Below are positions 48,610 through 59,185 of a DNA stretch of 64,000 bases, piece by piece. Every line of letters begins with the position of its first letter. Positions within the stretch are counted from its first letter, which is position 1. Source of the stretch: Candidatus Omnitrophota bacterium (GTDB lineage: Bacteria > Omnitrophota > Gorgyraeia > JABMRN01 > RBG-13-46-9); the NCBI GenBank assembly GCA_013203315.1, contig JABMQJ010000012.1, forward strand, positions 6,402 to 70,401, read 5' to 3'. The position numbers and the translations under genes are program-made. The notes beneath the pieces are model-generated. The model was not told the origin of the DNA, ran no database searches, and saw only the letters and a list, made by a program, of their open reading frames with translations.

Positions 48610-49527
48610 ATGGCTAAAAGAGATTTTATATCAATAACAGATTTAAGAAAACCCGAGATCCTTGGAATTTTTAAACAGGCAAAAGTCTTTAAAAAGAAAC
48701 CTTTTTCAAAAAGGGATGCTTTGGCGTCCAAGTCGATAGCGCTTGTTTTTCAAAAGCCGTCGAACAGAACCAGGGTTTCTTTCGAAGTGGGAATTTTTGA
48801 CCTCGGGGGGCATGCCACTTATCTGGGCCCGGAAGAACTAAAATTAGGCGTTAGAGAATCGGTAAAGGATGCTGCCAAGGTCCTGTCAAGGTACCTGGAC
48901 GGTATAGTGGCGAGAACTTTCAGCCATGAAGATATGCTTCTCATGGCGAAGTTTTCGACAATCCCCATTATAAACGGCTTAAGTGACTTGCTTCACCCGT
49001 GCCAGGGTTTGAGCGACCTTTTCACGATTGATGAAAAATTTGGCAAAAGTGATATCAAGATATCATTTGTAGGCGACGGAAACAATGTTCTGCATTCCCT
49101 TCTATTGGGTTGTAGCGTGCTAGGAAGGGACATACATGTAGCAACCCCGGCAGGACAGGGACCCAACGCCGAAGTTTTAGAGAAAGCAAAAAGCGAAGCA
49201 GCTAAAAGCGGATCAAAAATAGAATTAACTAACGACCCCGTAGAATGCGTTAAGGGTGCGGACGTGGTTTATACCGATGTATGGGTTAGTATGGGGCAGG
49301 AAAGAGAGAAGCAAAAAAGGTTAAGCGCATTTAGCGGCTTTCAGGTAAATAAGGAACTTCTCTCGCACGCGAAAAAAAACGTGCTTGTTATGCATTGTCT
49401 CCCTGCTCATAGAGGCGAGGAGATAACGGATGCTGTTTTGGACGGGAAAAATTCCATTGTCTATGATCAGGCGGAAAATAGATTACACGTACAGAAGGCG
49501 ATTTTACTTAAGCTTTTGGGAGGATAG
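48610..49527 (+). CDS. argF: Ornithine carbamoyltransferase
   Basis: 305 aa. STRTR carbamoyl-phosphate site (PSNRTRVSFE), HCLPAHRGEE. Confidence 0.88.
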   Translation: MAKRDFISITDLRKPEILGIFKQAKVFKKKPFSKRDALASKSIALVFQKPSNRTRVSFEVGIFDLGGHATYLGPEELKLGVRESVKDAAKVLSRYLDGIVARTFSHEDMLLMAKFSTIPIINGLSDLLHPCQGLSDLFTIDEKFGKSDIKISFVGDGNNVLHSLLLGCSVLGRDIHVATPAGQGPNAEVLEKAKSEAAKSGSKIELTNDPVECVKGADVVYTDVWVSMGQEREKQKRLSAFSGFQVNKELLSHAKKNVLVMHCLPAHRGEEITDAVLDGKNSIVYDQAENRLHVQKAILLKLLGG

Positions 49528-49529
49528 AA

Positions 49530-50705
49530 ATGTCGAAAAAAGTAATACTTGCGTATTCCGGCGGGCTTGACACGTCTTGCGCCGTAAAATGGTTAAAAGA
49601 GAAGGGCTTTAACGTCATCTGCTATCTGGCTGACGTGGGCCAGGGCCAGAATTTCCAGACGGTAAAGACCAGAGCCATGAAAACCGGTGCCAGCAAAGTG
49701 ATCGTGGGTAATTTAAAAAAAGAGTTTGTCGAAGACTTTATATGGCCGAGCCTTAAGGCTAACGCCGTTTATGAGTCAAAGTATTTTCTTGCGACAGCGC
49801 TTTCGAGGCCCATCATCGCAAAGGAACTTGTTGAAGTGGCGCATAAAGAAAAAGCAAGCTACGTCGCACACGGATGTACGGGCAAGGGTAATGATCAAGT
49901 AAGGTTTGAGGTCACTTTCGCCGCGCTGGATTCTAAGCTTAAAACGATTGCGCCCCTCAGGGAATGGGACCTTCCTACAAGGGAAGCTGAAATAAGATAT
50001 GCGAAGGTTCATAAGATTCCGATAGACGTTACAAAGAAAAAACCGTATAGCATAGATAAAAATCTCTGGGGCATAAGCATAGAAAGCGGAAATCTTGAGG
50101 ACCCGTGGTTTGAGCCTACCGAGGACGCTTATCAGATGACCAGGGCTATCGTCAAATCACCCAATAAGCCGTGTTATCTTAAGATTGACTTCAAGAAAGG
50201 CATTCCTACTAAAATAAACGGTAAAAAACTGGATGGGATAAAACTAATCGGCAAGCTAAACGAAATAGGCGGGAGATATTCGATCGGAAGGTCTGACTTA
50301 ATAGAGAATAGGTTAGTCGGTATTAAATCCAGGGAAATTTATGAAGCACCTGCCGCGAAAATACTTTTTGAAGCGCACAAAGCGCTGGAAAGCCTGGTAC
50401 TTGACAGGGAAACGCTTCATTTTAAGGAAGTGGTTGGCCTTAAATATTCGAGGCTCGTATACGACGGTCTTTGGTACACGCCGTTAAAGGGGGCGATAGA
50501 TAAATTTGTGGACAGTACCCAGGAGCCCGTAGAAGGTACGATAAACCTGAAGCTCTTTAAGGGTAATGTAATAATAGTCGGTAGAAAATCACCGAAGTCA
50601 CTTTATAAAAAAGAGCTTGCTACTTACGGCAAGGGCGATAAGTTCGACCAGGGCCTGGCGAAAGGCTTTATCGAGCTCTTCGGTTTGCCTTACAAAAAGG
50701 GGTAA
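49530..50705 (+). CDS. argG: Argininosuccinate synthase
   Basis: 391 aa. AYSGGLDTS PP-loop. Overall ArgG type I architecture. Confidence 0.92.
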   Translation: MSKKVILAYSGGLDTSCAVKWLKEKGFNVICYLADVGQGQNFQTVKTRAMKTGASKVIVGNLKKEFVEDFIWPSLKANAVYESKYFLATALSRPIIAKELVEVAHKEKASYVAHGCTGKGNDQVRFEVTFAALDSKLKTIAPLREWDLPTREAEIRYAKVHKIPIDVTKKKPYSIDKNLWGISIESGNLEDPWFEPTEDAYQMTRAIVKSPNKPCYLKIDFKKGIPTKINGKKLDGIKLIGKLNEIGGRYSIGRSDLIENRLVGIKSREIYEAPAAKILFEAHKALESLVLDRETLHFKEVVGLKYSRLVYDGLWYTPLKGAIDKFVDSTQEPVEGTINLKLFKGNVIIVGRKSPKSLYKKELATYGKGDKFDQGLAKGFIELFGLPYKKG

Positions 50706-50715
50706 GGGGTAATTT

Positions 50716-52095
50716 ATGGCCAAGAAATTATGGGGCGGAAGATTTAATAAGGCACTTGCAAAAGATGTTCTATCTTTTACCTCGAGCATCAATATAGACA
50801 AGACGCTTGCGATATACGATTGCCTGGGGTCGATAGCGCATGCCAAAATGCTCGGCAAGGCAAAGATAATACCGGCAAAAGACGCAAAGAAAATCGTAAA
50901 GGGCCTTAAATCTATTCTAACGTCGCTTAAAAAAGGAACCTTTAAGGTAGATAAAGGCTTTGAGGACATCCATTCCAATATTCAGTACGTACTTACGAAA
51001 AAGATCGGTAAGACAGCCGGTAGATTGCATACGGCGCGTTCCAGGAATGACCAGGTAGTGACGGATACGAGAATGTATTGCAAGGACACGATAGATGCGC
51101 TTATCAGATCAATCACATTACTTCAGAAGTCTGTGCTCGGTGCCGCGAAAAAATATGTTACGCTTGTTATCCCCGGGTATACGCATCTTGAGCATGCGCA
51201 ACCCGTGCTTTTTTCGCACCTATTGCTTGCGTACATTGAAATGCTGGAAAGGGACAAAGAAAGACTGGAAGATACCAGAAAGAGAATAGACGTTTTAGTC
51301 CTGGGAAGCGGAGCCTTGACCGGCACGACGCTCCCGATAGATAGAAACTATGTAAAAAAACTTTTAGGGTTTAAATATCTGTCTAGAAACAGCATAGATG
51401 CGGTAAGCGACAGGGACTTTATAGTCGAATTTTTAGGCGCACTCTCTATCATATCGATGCACCTTTCGAGGATTGCCGAAGATATGATTCTCTATGGAAC
51501 AAAAGAATTCGACCTGATCGAAATAGATGAAAGATTCTGCACGGGCAGTTCTCTTATGCCGCAGAAGAAAAATCCGGATGTTTTGGAGCTTATAAGAGGT
51601 AAAACAAGCCAGATATACGGAAGCCTCGTGAGCGTGCTTGGCATGCTAAAAGGTTTGCCGCTATCTTACAACAGGGACTTGCAGCTCGATAAAGAGCCGT
51701 TATTTAGTTCGATCGAAACAATAAACGAGGAGTTAAAGCTTTTGGCAGGCCTTTTCGCGAGCATAAAAATAAATAAGAAAAACGCAGGCAAGGCATTGAA
51801 GGATGAGACAATCTTTGCAACTGACATAGCCGAATATTTGGTAGGGAAGGGGATAGCTTTCAGGGACGCCCATGACATTACGGGAAAACTTGTAAAATAT
51901 TGCGAGAAACATAATAAAAATATTTCTACACTTGACATAAAGGAGCTTAATAAATTTTCGAAATGCTTTAAAAAAGATATTTTTGCAAGGCTAAATCCGG
52001 AATCTTCCGTAAGGCTTAAAAAGTCTATCGGAAGCACGAATCCGGTGTTTGTAAAAAAGCAAATTAAAAATTGGAATAAAATTTTAAAAGTCTAA
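50716..52095 (+). CDS. argH: Argininosuccinate lyase
   Basis: 459 aa. Fumarate-lyase signature GSSLMPQKKNPD. Confidence 0.92.
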   Translation: MAKKLWGGRFNKALAKDVLSFTSSINIDKTLAIYDCLGSIAHAKMLGKAKIIPAKDAKKIVKGLKSILTSLKKGTFKVDKGFEDIHSNIQYVLTKKIGKTAGRLHTARSRNDQVVTDTRMYCKDTIDALIRSITLLQKSVLGAAKKYVTLVIPGYTHLEHAQPVLFSHLLLAYIEMLERDKERLEDTRKRIDVLVLGSGALTGTTLPIDRNYVKKLLGFKYLSRNSIDAVSDRDFIVEFLGALSIISMHLSRIAEDMILYGTKEFDLIEIDERFCTGSSLMPQKKNPDVLELIRGKTSQIYGSLVSVLGMLKGLPLSYNRDLQLDKEPLFSSIETINEELKLLAGLFASIKINKKNAGKALKDETIFATDIAEYLVGKGIAFRDAHDITGKLVKYCEKHNKNISTLDIKELNKFSKCFKKDIFARLNPESSVRLKKSIGSTNPVFVKKQIKNWNKILKV

Positions 52096-52104
52096 GGGAG
52101 AATT

Positions 52105-53346
52105 ATGCACCGTTTTAAGTACAAAGGAAATTCACTTTATTGCGAAAACGTGAAGGTTGAAGAAATAGCCAAAGAGGTAGGCACGCCTGTCTACATCTAT
52201 AGCAAGAACACGCTTCTTGACCATTATCGGAAGATAGAGGACGCGCTTCGCGAAGTATCGCCGCTTATTTGTTTTTCCGTAAAGAGTAACTCTAATCTCG
52301 CTGTATTGAAGACGTTAGTTTCAGCAGGTGCAGGACTTGATGTTGTTTCAGGTGGGGAACTATACCGAGGAAAACTCTCAGGCGTGCGACCCGAAAAGAT
52401 TGTTTATGCGGGTGTCGGAAAAAAGCGCGATGAAATTCTAGACGCCATTCGCTACGGGATACTGTTTTTCAACGTAGAGTCCGAAGAGGAGCTCGCGCTC
52501 ATAAATCGATGCGCGCTCGAATTACGCAAGAAAGTAAACGTTGCGATCAGGGTAAACCCGGACGTTGGTGCCCATACGCACAAATATATAACTACCGGCA
52601 AGGGGCACACGAAGTTTGGTGTTGATTTTAATACCGTAAAGCGTATCTTCCGTTCAAAATGGAGATATAGGAATGTCAACCTAAGAGGCATACACATACA
52701 CATAGGTTCTCAGATAGTGAATCCAAACCCGTTTCAGAACGCGATAAAGAAGGTATTGAAGTTTTTAAAAGAAAACAAGATATTCGTGGAATATCTTAAT
52801 ATAGGAGGGGGCCTGGGGATAGTATATTCTTTTGAAAAACCGCAGACTGCCAAACATTTTGCTAAAAGAATTCTACCGTTAATTAAAAAGTCCGGGCTCA
52901 AGCTTATACTTGAACCGGGCAGATTTATTTGCGGTAATAGCGGAATAATGGTTACAAAAGTTCTCTTTAGAAAAAAGACAGGGCAAAAGAGATTTGCCAT
53001 CGTAGACGGCGGCATGAATGACCTTATAAGGCCAAGCCTCTACGAGGCGCATCACACCATTGTTCCCGTCACTCTGCCCAAGAAAGGGGCTAAGAAGGGA
53101 AAGTTCGACATAGTCGGACCCATATGTGAAACCGGTGACTTCCTCGCTAAAGATCGAAGAATGAAGCTCCTGGATCGGGGCGACCTTCTTGCCGTGATGG
53201 CCGCAGGCGCTTACGGCTACACCATGTCCAGCAATTATAACTCAAGGCCGCGCGCAGCAGAGGTAATGGTTAGCGGAAGCAAGTTTTCCGTGGTTAAGAA
53301 AAGAGAAAATTACAGGGATCTCGTAAGAGGGGAATCGTCCGGGTAA
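52105..53346 (+). CDS. lysA: Diaminopimelate decarboxylase
   Basis: 413 aa. Fold-III PLP decarboxylase (FSVKSN PLP-Lys, GGGLGI, EPGR). Genomic context with dapF/A/B. Confidence 0.85.
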   Translation: MHRFKYKGNSLYCENVKVEEIAKEVGTPVYIYSKNTLLDHYRKIEDALREVSPLICFSVKSNSNLAVLKTLVSAGAGLDVVSGGELYRGKLSGVRPEKIVYAGVGKKRDEILDAIRYGILFFNVESEEELALINRCALELRKKVNVAIRVNPDVGAHTHKYITTGKGHTKFGVDFNTVKRIFRSKWRYRNVNLRGIHIHIGSQIVNPNPFQNAIKKVLKFLKENKIFVEYLNIGGGLGIVYSFEKPQTAKHFAKRILPLIKKSGLKLILEPGRFICGNSGIMVTKVLFRKKTGQKRFAIVDGGMNDLIRPSLYEAHHTIVPVTLPKKGAKKGKFDIVGPICETGDFLAKDRRMKLLDRGDLLAVMAAGAYGYTMSSNYNSRPRAAEVMVSGSKFSVVKKRENYRDLVRGESSG

Positions 53347-53347
53347 A

Positions 53348-54166
53348 ATGAAAATAAACTTCACTAAAGCAGTAGCCAGCGGAAACGATTTTGTAATCGT
53401 GGACAATAGAGCCGGCAAGCTTGCCGGAGAAATAGCCGATTTCGGTGATTTTGCGAAGTTCGTATGCCGAAGAATGCTTTCCGTAGGATCCGATGGGCTA
53501 CTCGTTTTAGAAGATTCAAGTGCGGCAGATTTTAAAATGCGTATCTTTAATCCCGACGGCTCCGAGGTGACAATGTGCGGAAACGGCATTAGGTGTAGCG
53601 CCTTATACGCTTACGAAAAGAAATGGTGCGGTGCCGTAATGAAAATTGAAACAGGCGCAGGCACGCTGGCCGCTGAAGTAGAGGGTGATTCGGTAAAGGT
53701 AAAAATGACAGCCCCTAAAAATATAAAACTTGATCAGAATATAGGCGCCGGTAAAACAATAATGAACGTTCACACGGTGAATACGGGCGTCCCGCATGTT
53801 GTGCATTTTGTCGAAAAGATAGAGAAATATCCCGTAAAAGAAATGGGATCAAAAATTAGATATCACAAGGTTTTTCAGCCTGAAGGAACGAACGCGAACT
53901 TTGTGCAGAAAATAGACGATTCAACTATTGTGGTAAGAACTTACGAAAGAGGCGTCGAAGACGAGACGCTTGCGTGCGGTACGGGCGTGGTTGCCTCGGC
54001 TATTATTTCACATTTAGCGCTTGGAGCCAAGGAGCCGGTTAGCGCTATTACAAGAAGTAAAGAAATTTTAAGGGTTAGCTTTAAAAAGGAACACAAGTCT
54101 TTTCGCGATGTTTTCCTGGAAGGACAGGCGCGAATTGCTTTTGAAGGAGAGGTAGATTATGTTTAG
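53348..54166 (+). CDS. dapF: Diaminopimelate epimerase
   Basis: 272 aa. SGNDFVIVDN N-terminus, two catalytic Cys regions (MCGNGIRC, ACGTGVVAS). Confidence 0.88.
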   Translation: MKINFTKAVASGNDFVIVDNRAGKLAGEIADFGDFAKFVCRRMLSVGSDGLLVLEDSSAADFKMRIFNPDGSEVTMCGNGIRCSALYAYEKKWCGAVMKIETGAGTLAAEVEGDSVKVKMTAPKNIKLDQNIGAGKTIMNVHTVNTGVPHVVHFVEKIEKYPVKEMGSKIRYHKVFQPEGTNANFVQKIDDSTIVVRTYERGVEDETLACGTGVVASAIISHLALGAKEPVSAITRSKEILRVSFKKEHKSFRDVFLEGQARIAFEGEVDYV

Positions 54167-55025
54167 AGGATCATTTGTCGCCATAGTTACGCCGTTTAGA
54201 AACGGCAAAATTGACGAAAAAAAGTTTGAGCAACTTGTGGAATTCCAGATTAAAAACGGAACAGACGGTATTGTCCCGGCAGGATGCACGGGCGAGGCCG
54301 CGACGCTTAGCCACCAGGAGCAAAAGCGTTTCGTGAAGCTTGCTGTCGAGATAGTGGACGGACGCGTTCCTGTCATAGGCGGGGCAGGCTCGAATAATAC
54401 CGCGGAGGCTATTTCTCTTACGAAACAAGCGAAGTCGGCGGGCTGCGATGCAGTGCTGTCGATTACCCCTTACTACAATAAGCCCACGCCCGAAGGGCAA
54501 TACAGGCATTACGAGGCGATTGCTAAGAATGTTGATATACCGATTATGCTTTACAACGTGCCCTCGCGTACGGGCATATCGATTAAACCCGAAACGGTTG
54601 CGCGGCTTTCTAAAATCGACAACATTGTCTCTATTAAAGAGGCATCAGGGAGCCTCGATCAGGTAAGCCAGATCCTGTCTCTTTGTGACATAAACGTGTT
54701 AAGCGGGGACGATTCACTTACGCTGCCCATGATGGCGATCGGCGCGACGGGCGTTGTAAGCGTTGTGGCCAATATTATCCCGAAGGAAGTTCACGACATG
54801 GTGTTTAATTTCCTGGAAGGCGATATAGAGAGAGCAAAGAAGCTGCATTACAGCATAATACCTCTCTGTAAGGCAATGTTTATCGAGACAAACCCGATAC
54901 CTGTCAAGACCTCGATGAAAGCGATGAAGAGGATAAACGGCCAGATGCGCCTGCCTCTTTGCGGGATGATGAAGGATAATGAAGCAAAGCTTAAGAAGGC
55001 CCTGAAGGCTTACGGACTAATATAA
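54159..55025 (+). CDS. dapA: 4-hydroxy-tetrahydrodipicolinate synthase
   Basis: 288 aa. GIVPAGCTGEAATLS N-terminal motif. Lys in YNVPSRTG region. Confidence 0.88.
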   Translation: MFRGSFVAIVTPFRNGKIDEKKFEQLVEFQIKNGTDGIVPAGCTGEAATLSHQEQKRFVKLAVEIVDGRVPVIGGAGSNNTAEAISLTKQAKSAGCDAVLSITPYYNKPTPEGQYRHYEAIAKNVDIPIMLYNVPSRTGISIKPETVARLSKIDNIVSIKEASGSLDQVSQILSLCDINVLSGDDSLTLPMMAIGATGVVSVVANIIPKEVHDMVFNFLEGDIERAKKLHYSIIPLCKAMFIETNPIPVKTSMKAMKRINGQMRLPLCGMMKDNEAKLKKALKAYGLI

Positions 55026-55036
55026 AAGAGAAAAAA

Positions 55037-55738
55037 ATGGTTAAAATAGTTATAAGTGGTGCTGCGGGTAGGATGGGGAAGCGCATAGCAGAGCTTGCCC
55101 GGAAGGATACGGATCTCGGCGTAGTGGCCGGTGTTGAACTAAAAGACAACCCCGGTTTAAAAATCGTAAGTGATTTAAATAAAATCAAAGACGAATACGA
55201 CTGCATTATCGAATTTACTACACCGAAGGCGACCCTTGAGCACGTTAAAATTGCCAAAGAGCGTAAAAAGGCAATCGTAATCGGTACTACCGGTTTATCC
55301 GAAACCCAAATGAGCGAAATACGCGAAGCTTCGAAAACTATACCTATAGTTTTTTCACCGAACATGTCAGTCGGCGTTAACGTGCTTTTTGATCTTATAG
55401 GAAAAGCGTCCAAGGTTCTGGGAAAAAGCTATAAGGTAAAGATAAAGGAAGCCCATCACGTGCACAAAAAAGATAAACCGAGTGGCACGGCAAAATTGAT
55501 GGCGAACATCGTAAACGAAAAAACCGGGTCAAAAAACGTGCCGGTGCAATCCGTAAGGGAAGGCGAGATCGTGGGCGACCACGACATATTCTTCGAAAGC
55601 GACGTGGACGTTTTGAGAATCTCGCATAGCGCAAAGACCAGGGATATATTTGTGCTGGGTGCGTTAAAAGCGGCAAAATTCGTTGCTACGAAAAAAAATG
55701 GCCTCTTTTCCATGAAAGATGTGCTGGAGGAGTTATAA
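55037..55738 (+). CDS. dapB: 4-hydroxy-tetrahydrodipicolinate reductase
   Basis: 233 aa. VISGAAGRMG Rossmann, EAHHVHKKDKPSGTA catalytic region. Confidence 0.88.
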   Translation: MVKIVISGAAGRMGKRIAELARKDTDLGVVAGVELKDNPGLKIVSDLNKIKDEYDCIIEFTTPKATLEHVKIAKERKKAIVIGTTGLSETQMSEIREASKTIPIVFSPNMSVGVNVLFDLIGKASKVLGKSYKVKIKEAHHVHKKDKPSGTAKLMANIVNEKTGSKNVPVQSVREGEIVGDHDIFFESDVDVLRISHSAKTRDIFVLGALKAAKFVATKKNGLFSMKDVLEEL

Positions 55739-55740
55739 AG

Positions 55741-56910
55741 ATGGGATTGCGCATAGTCAGGTCCGATAGGTTGAATAAATTGCCACCGTATCTATTTGTG
55801 GAAATAGATAGGGCAAAGAAGAAGGCGGTCAGCGCGGGCCGCGATATAATTGATTTAGGTGTCGGCGACCCTGATCAGCCTACGCCGCGATTCATCCTGG
55901 ATGCATTACATAAGGCAAGCCGGGATCCTAAGACGCATAAATATGCGCTTGATAAAGGGATGCCGGAACTAAGGGCCGAGATTGCCCGCTGGTATAAAGC
56001 AAGGTTTGGTGTTGAACTGGACCCTGATAGGGAAGTTCTGCCCCTTATCGGCTCCAAGGAGGGCATTGCTCACATACCGCTCGCTCTCATTAACCCGGGC
56101 GACATAGGCCTTGTCCCGGAGCCATGCTACCCTCCATACAATTCAGGCGTGATTTTTGCTGGGGGCGAACCACATAAGCTGCCGCTACTGGCAAAAAATG
56201 CGTTTTTGCCGGATTTGCGTCACATAAATTCTACGGTCCTCAGTAAGGTGAAGCTCATGTTTATAAATTATCCGAACAACCCTACTGCGGCAGTGTGCGA
56301 TAAAGCATTTTTTAAGGAATGCGTAAAGTTTGCGGAAAAACACAATATTATTATTTGTCACGACGCCGCTTATAGCGAACTTTCTTTTGATGGATTAAGG
56401 AACCCGAGCTTTTTGGAAACAGACGGCGCAAAAGGAGTCGGCGTTGAATTCCATTCCTTTTCGAAAGTTTTTAACATGACCGGCTGGAGAATTGGCTTTG
56501 TATGCGGAAATTCAGAAGTCATAGAAGCGCTTGCGAAAGTAAAGGCGAATGTCGATTCAGGCGTTTTTAACGCTATCCAGATAGCCGGCATCACAGCATT
56601 GAAAAAAATAGATAGTGTTACAAAAAGCGCAAACGCGCTTTACCAGAAGCGAAGAAACATTTTCATTGATGGTTTGGATAAAATCGGTTGGAGTGTTCCA
56701 AAGCCTAAGGCCACGTTTTACGTATGGGCACCTGTTTTTGGAAGGCATACGTCGGTTACACTGGCGCAGGCTCTTCTTGATAAAGCCAATGTAATCGCTA
56801 CGCCGGGCAACGGCTTCGGCGCAAGCGGAGAAGGCTATGTGCGGATGGCACTTACGGTAGATGAGGGTCGACTAAAGGAAGCGGTTGCAAGAATCGCGAA
56901 GATTATCTGA
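55741..56910 (+). CDS. dapL: LL-diaminopimelate aminotransferase (DapL, class I/II aminotransferase)
   Basis: 389 aa. N-terminal LNKLPPYLFVEIDRAKK...IDLGVGDPDQPTP. PLP-Lys in SFSKVFNMTGWRIG. Placed in the dap cluster where dapD/C/E would otherwise be expected. Confidence 0.7.
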   Translation: MGLRIVRSDRLNKLPPYLFVEIDRAKKKAVSAGRDIIDLGVGDPDQPTPRFILDALHKASRDPKTHKYALDKGMPELRAEIARWYKARFGVELDPDREVLPLIGSKEGIAHIPLALINPGDIGLVPEPCYPPYNSGVIFAGGEPHKLPLLAKNAFLPDLRHINSTVLSKVKLMFINYPNNPTAAVCDKAFFKECVKFAEKHNIIICHDAAYSELSFDGLRNPSFLETDGAKGVGVEFHSFSKVFNMTGWRIGFVCGNSEVIEALAKVKANVDSGVFNAIQIAGITALKKIDSVTKSANALYQKRRNIFIDGLDKIGWSVPKPKATFYVWAPVFGRHTSVTLAQALLDKANVIATPGNGFGASGEGYVRMALTVDEGRLKEAVARIAKII

Positions 56911-56914
56911 TAAA

Positions 56915-57334
56915 ATGCCGGAAGAAAAGAAAACCGTCTTTATAGGCATGGGGTCAAATCTGGGAGACCGGAAGGCAAATATCGAAAAAGCCTTAGCGCT
57001 TGTAAACCTGATTAAAGGTGTAAAGCTTTTAAGGGTTTCCTCGATTTATGAGACAGAGCCGCAGGGCGGCCCGCCCCAGGGAAACTTCTTAAACGGCGTC
57101 TTTGAGGTGAAAACGGCGCGTAGCCCATTTAAATTGCTGGATGAATTGCAGAAAATAGAAAAACACCTCGGCAGAAAAAGAAGAGTAAAAAACGGGCCGC
57201 GCACGATAGATTTAGATATTCTCACTTTCGCCGACAGAAAAGTAAACGCCAAAAATTTAAAAATTCCGCACCCCAGAATGCATAAACGTGAATTTGTTTT
57301 GCGTGGCATAAGAGAGTTACGGGGCTTAAAATGA
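56915..57334 (+). CDS. folK: 2-amino-4-hydroxy-6-hydroxymethyldihydropteridine pyrophosphokinase (HPPK)
   Basis: MPEEKKTVFIGMGSNLGDR...TIDLDIL...PHPRMHKREFVL HPPK motifs. ATG 56915 chosen. Confidence 0.85.
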   Translation: MPEEKKTVFIGMGSNLGDRKANIEKALALVNLIKGVKLLRVSSIYETEPQGGPPQGNFLNGVFEVKTARSPFKLLDELQKIEKHLGRKRRVKNGPRTIDLDILTFADRKVNAKNLKIPHPRMHKREFVLRGIRELRGLK

Positions 57335-58248
57335 AGATAATAAAAAAAGTCGATAAAATGAAAACCTACGCGAAGATCATGAAGAAAGAAAATAAGCTTA
57401 TCGGCTTTATTCCGACAATGGGATATCTACACGAAGGGCACTTAAGTCTTATGCGGACTGCCAGAAAGCAAACAGACACGGTTATAACAAGCATATTTGT
57501 AAATCCTCTCCAGTTTGGTCCGGATGAGGATTTTAAGAAATACCCGCGGAACATAAAAAAGGACGAGGAGCTTGCCAGGCAATGCGGCGTAGACGTCATG
57601 TTCTATCCCGAAAATGAAGACATGTACCCGGAAGGTTTCGCTACCTACATAAATGTCGAGGGGCTGACCGAGGGCTTGTGCGGCAAGTCGAGGGCAGGCC
57701 ATTTTAGAGGCGTTACTACGGTAGTTATGAAATTATTCGAAATCGTGAAACCGGACATAGCGTATTTCGGCCAGAAAGACGCGCAGCAGGCCTTTGTGAT
57801 TAAAAAGATGATCGAAGACTTGAGAATGGATATAACCATGAAGATCATGCCTATCGCAAGAGAGGAAAGCGGCCTTGCGATGAGTTCCAGAAACGCTTAT
57901 CTTACGAAGCCCGAGAAGAAAGAGGCAGGTATTTTATTTACATCCCTTAAACTGGCGGAAGAATCTGTTAATTCCGGTGAAAAAGACCCGAAAAAAATCA
58001 TAAAAAAGATGCGGGATTCAATATCTGCTTCGTCAGCTTCCGCAAAAATAGATTACATATCAATCGTTGATACAAAAAGCTTAAAAGAGGTTCGGGACAT
58101 TTCCGGAGAGGTTTTGATAGCGCTAGCCGTATTTATCGGCAAAACGCGATTGATCGACAATATTATTATAAACACGGAAAAATCCGAAGAGGGGTACAAA
58201 AATGTCGGAACGCCCAAAGAGCGAAACACAGTACAAGGAAGAGCTTAA
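57331..58248 (+). CDS. panC: Pantoate-beta-alanine ligase
   Basis: 305 aa. IGFIPTMGYLHEGH HIGH-like motif, FGQKDAQQ. ~25-aa C-terminal extension overlaps the nadA start. Confidence 0.88.
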   Translation: MKIIKKVDKMKTYAKIMKKENKLIGFIPTMGYLHEGHLSLMRTARKQTDTVITSIFVNPLQFGPDEDFKKYPRNIKKDEELARQCGVDVMFYPENEDMYPEGFATYINVEGLTEGLCGKSRAGHFRGVTTVVMKLFEIVKPDIAYFGQKDAQQAFVIKKMIEDLRMDITMKIMPIAREESGLAMSSRNAYLTKPEKKEAGILFTSLKLAEESVNSGEKDPKKIIKKMRDSISASSASAKIDYISIVDTKSLKEVRDISGEVLIALAVFIGKTRLIDNIIINTEKSEEGYKNVGTPKERNTVQGRA

Positions 58249-59176
58249 ACAAAAGATAGCTCGACTTAAGAAAGAGCGAAACGCTGTTATCATCGTGCAC
58301 AATTATCAGCGGGATGAGATACAGGAAATAGCCGATATTCTGGGTGATTCGCTGACACTCGCCCGCGCGGCGGTTAATACGAAAGCAAAAATAATTGTAT
58401 TCTGTGGCGTACACTTCATGGCAGAGAGCGCCGCGATCTTGAACCCCGGAAAAAAGGTGCTCTTACCGGTCAAGGAAGCCGGCTGCCCGCTTGCCGACAT
58501 GATCACCGTTCAAAAACTTCGCCGTAAGAAAAAAGAATTCCCGGATGCTGCGGTTGTCTGTTACGTAAATTCCAGCGCCGAGATCAAGGCCGAAAGCGAT
58601 GTAAGCTGTACTTCCTCAAACGCGATAGAGGTCGTGAGATCTATAGAAAATAGGCGTATTATATTTGTTCCCGACAAAAACCTTGGTAGATACGTGCAGA
58701 GCCAGGTACCTGAGAAGGAGATAATGTTATGGGAAGGTTTTTGCCCTACGCATCTTAGGCTTACCGAAGAAGATGTGGTTAAGGCGAAAAACAAGCATCC
58801 CGAAGCAGAATTTATAGCGCATCCTGAATGTCGGCCCGAAGTTTTAGCAAATGCCCATCACATTTGTTCTACCGGCGGCATGTTTCAATATGCGAAGGCA
58901 TCAAAAGCCAAAGAGTTCATCGTCGGTACTGAGAGCGGCATGCTATATAGGCTGCGAAAGGAAAATCCCGGTAAAAAGTTCTATATGCCGACCGCGCACC
59001 TTATGTGCGCCAACATGAAGCTGACAACGCTTGGCTGGGTAGCGTACTCACTGGAAAATCTCGTATACGAAGTAAAGGTTTCTGAGGAAATTGCCGGTAA
59101 GGCGCGTAAAACTTTGGAGAGAATGCTAAGCGTAACGCAACAAGTGCAAAAAAACACGGCAAAATCAAACTCATAG
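58202..59176 (+). CDS. nadA: Quinolinate synthase
   Basis: 324 aa. Three conserved Cys (FCGVHFM, VCYVNSS..., HLMCANMK). N-terminus LKKERNAVIIVHNYQ. Confidence 0.88.
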   Translation: MSERPKSETQYKEELKQKIARLKKERNAVIIVHNYQRDEIQEIADILGDSLTLARAAVNTKAKIIVFCGVHFMAESAAILNPGKKVLLPVKEAGCPLADMITVQKLRRKKKEFPDAAVVCYVNSSAEIKAESDVSCTSSNAIEVVRSIENRRIIFVPDKNLGRYVQSQVPEKEIMLWEGFCPTHLRLTEEDVVKAKNKHPEAEFIAHPECRPEVLANAHHICSTGGMFQYAKASKAKEFIVGTESGMLYRLRKENPGKKFYMPTAHLMCANMKLTTLGWVAYSLENLVYEVKVSEEIAGKARKTLERMLSVTQQVQKNTAKSNS

Positions 59177-59185
59177 AAAGCTAAC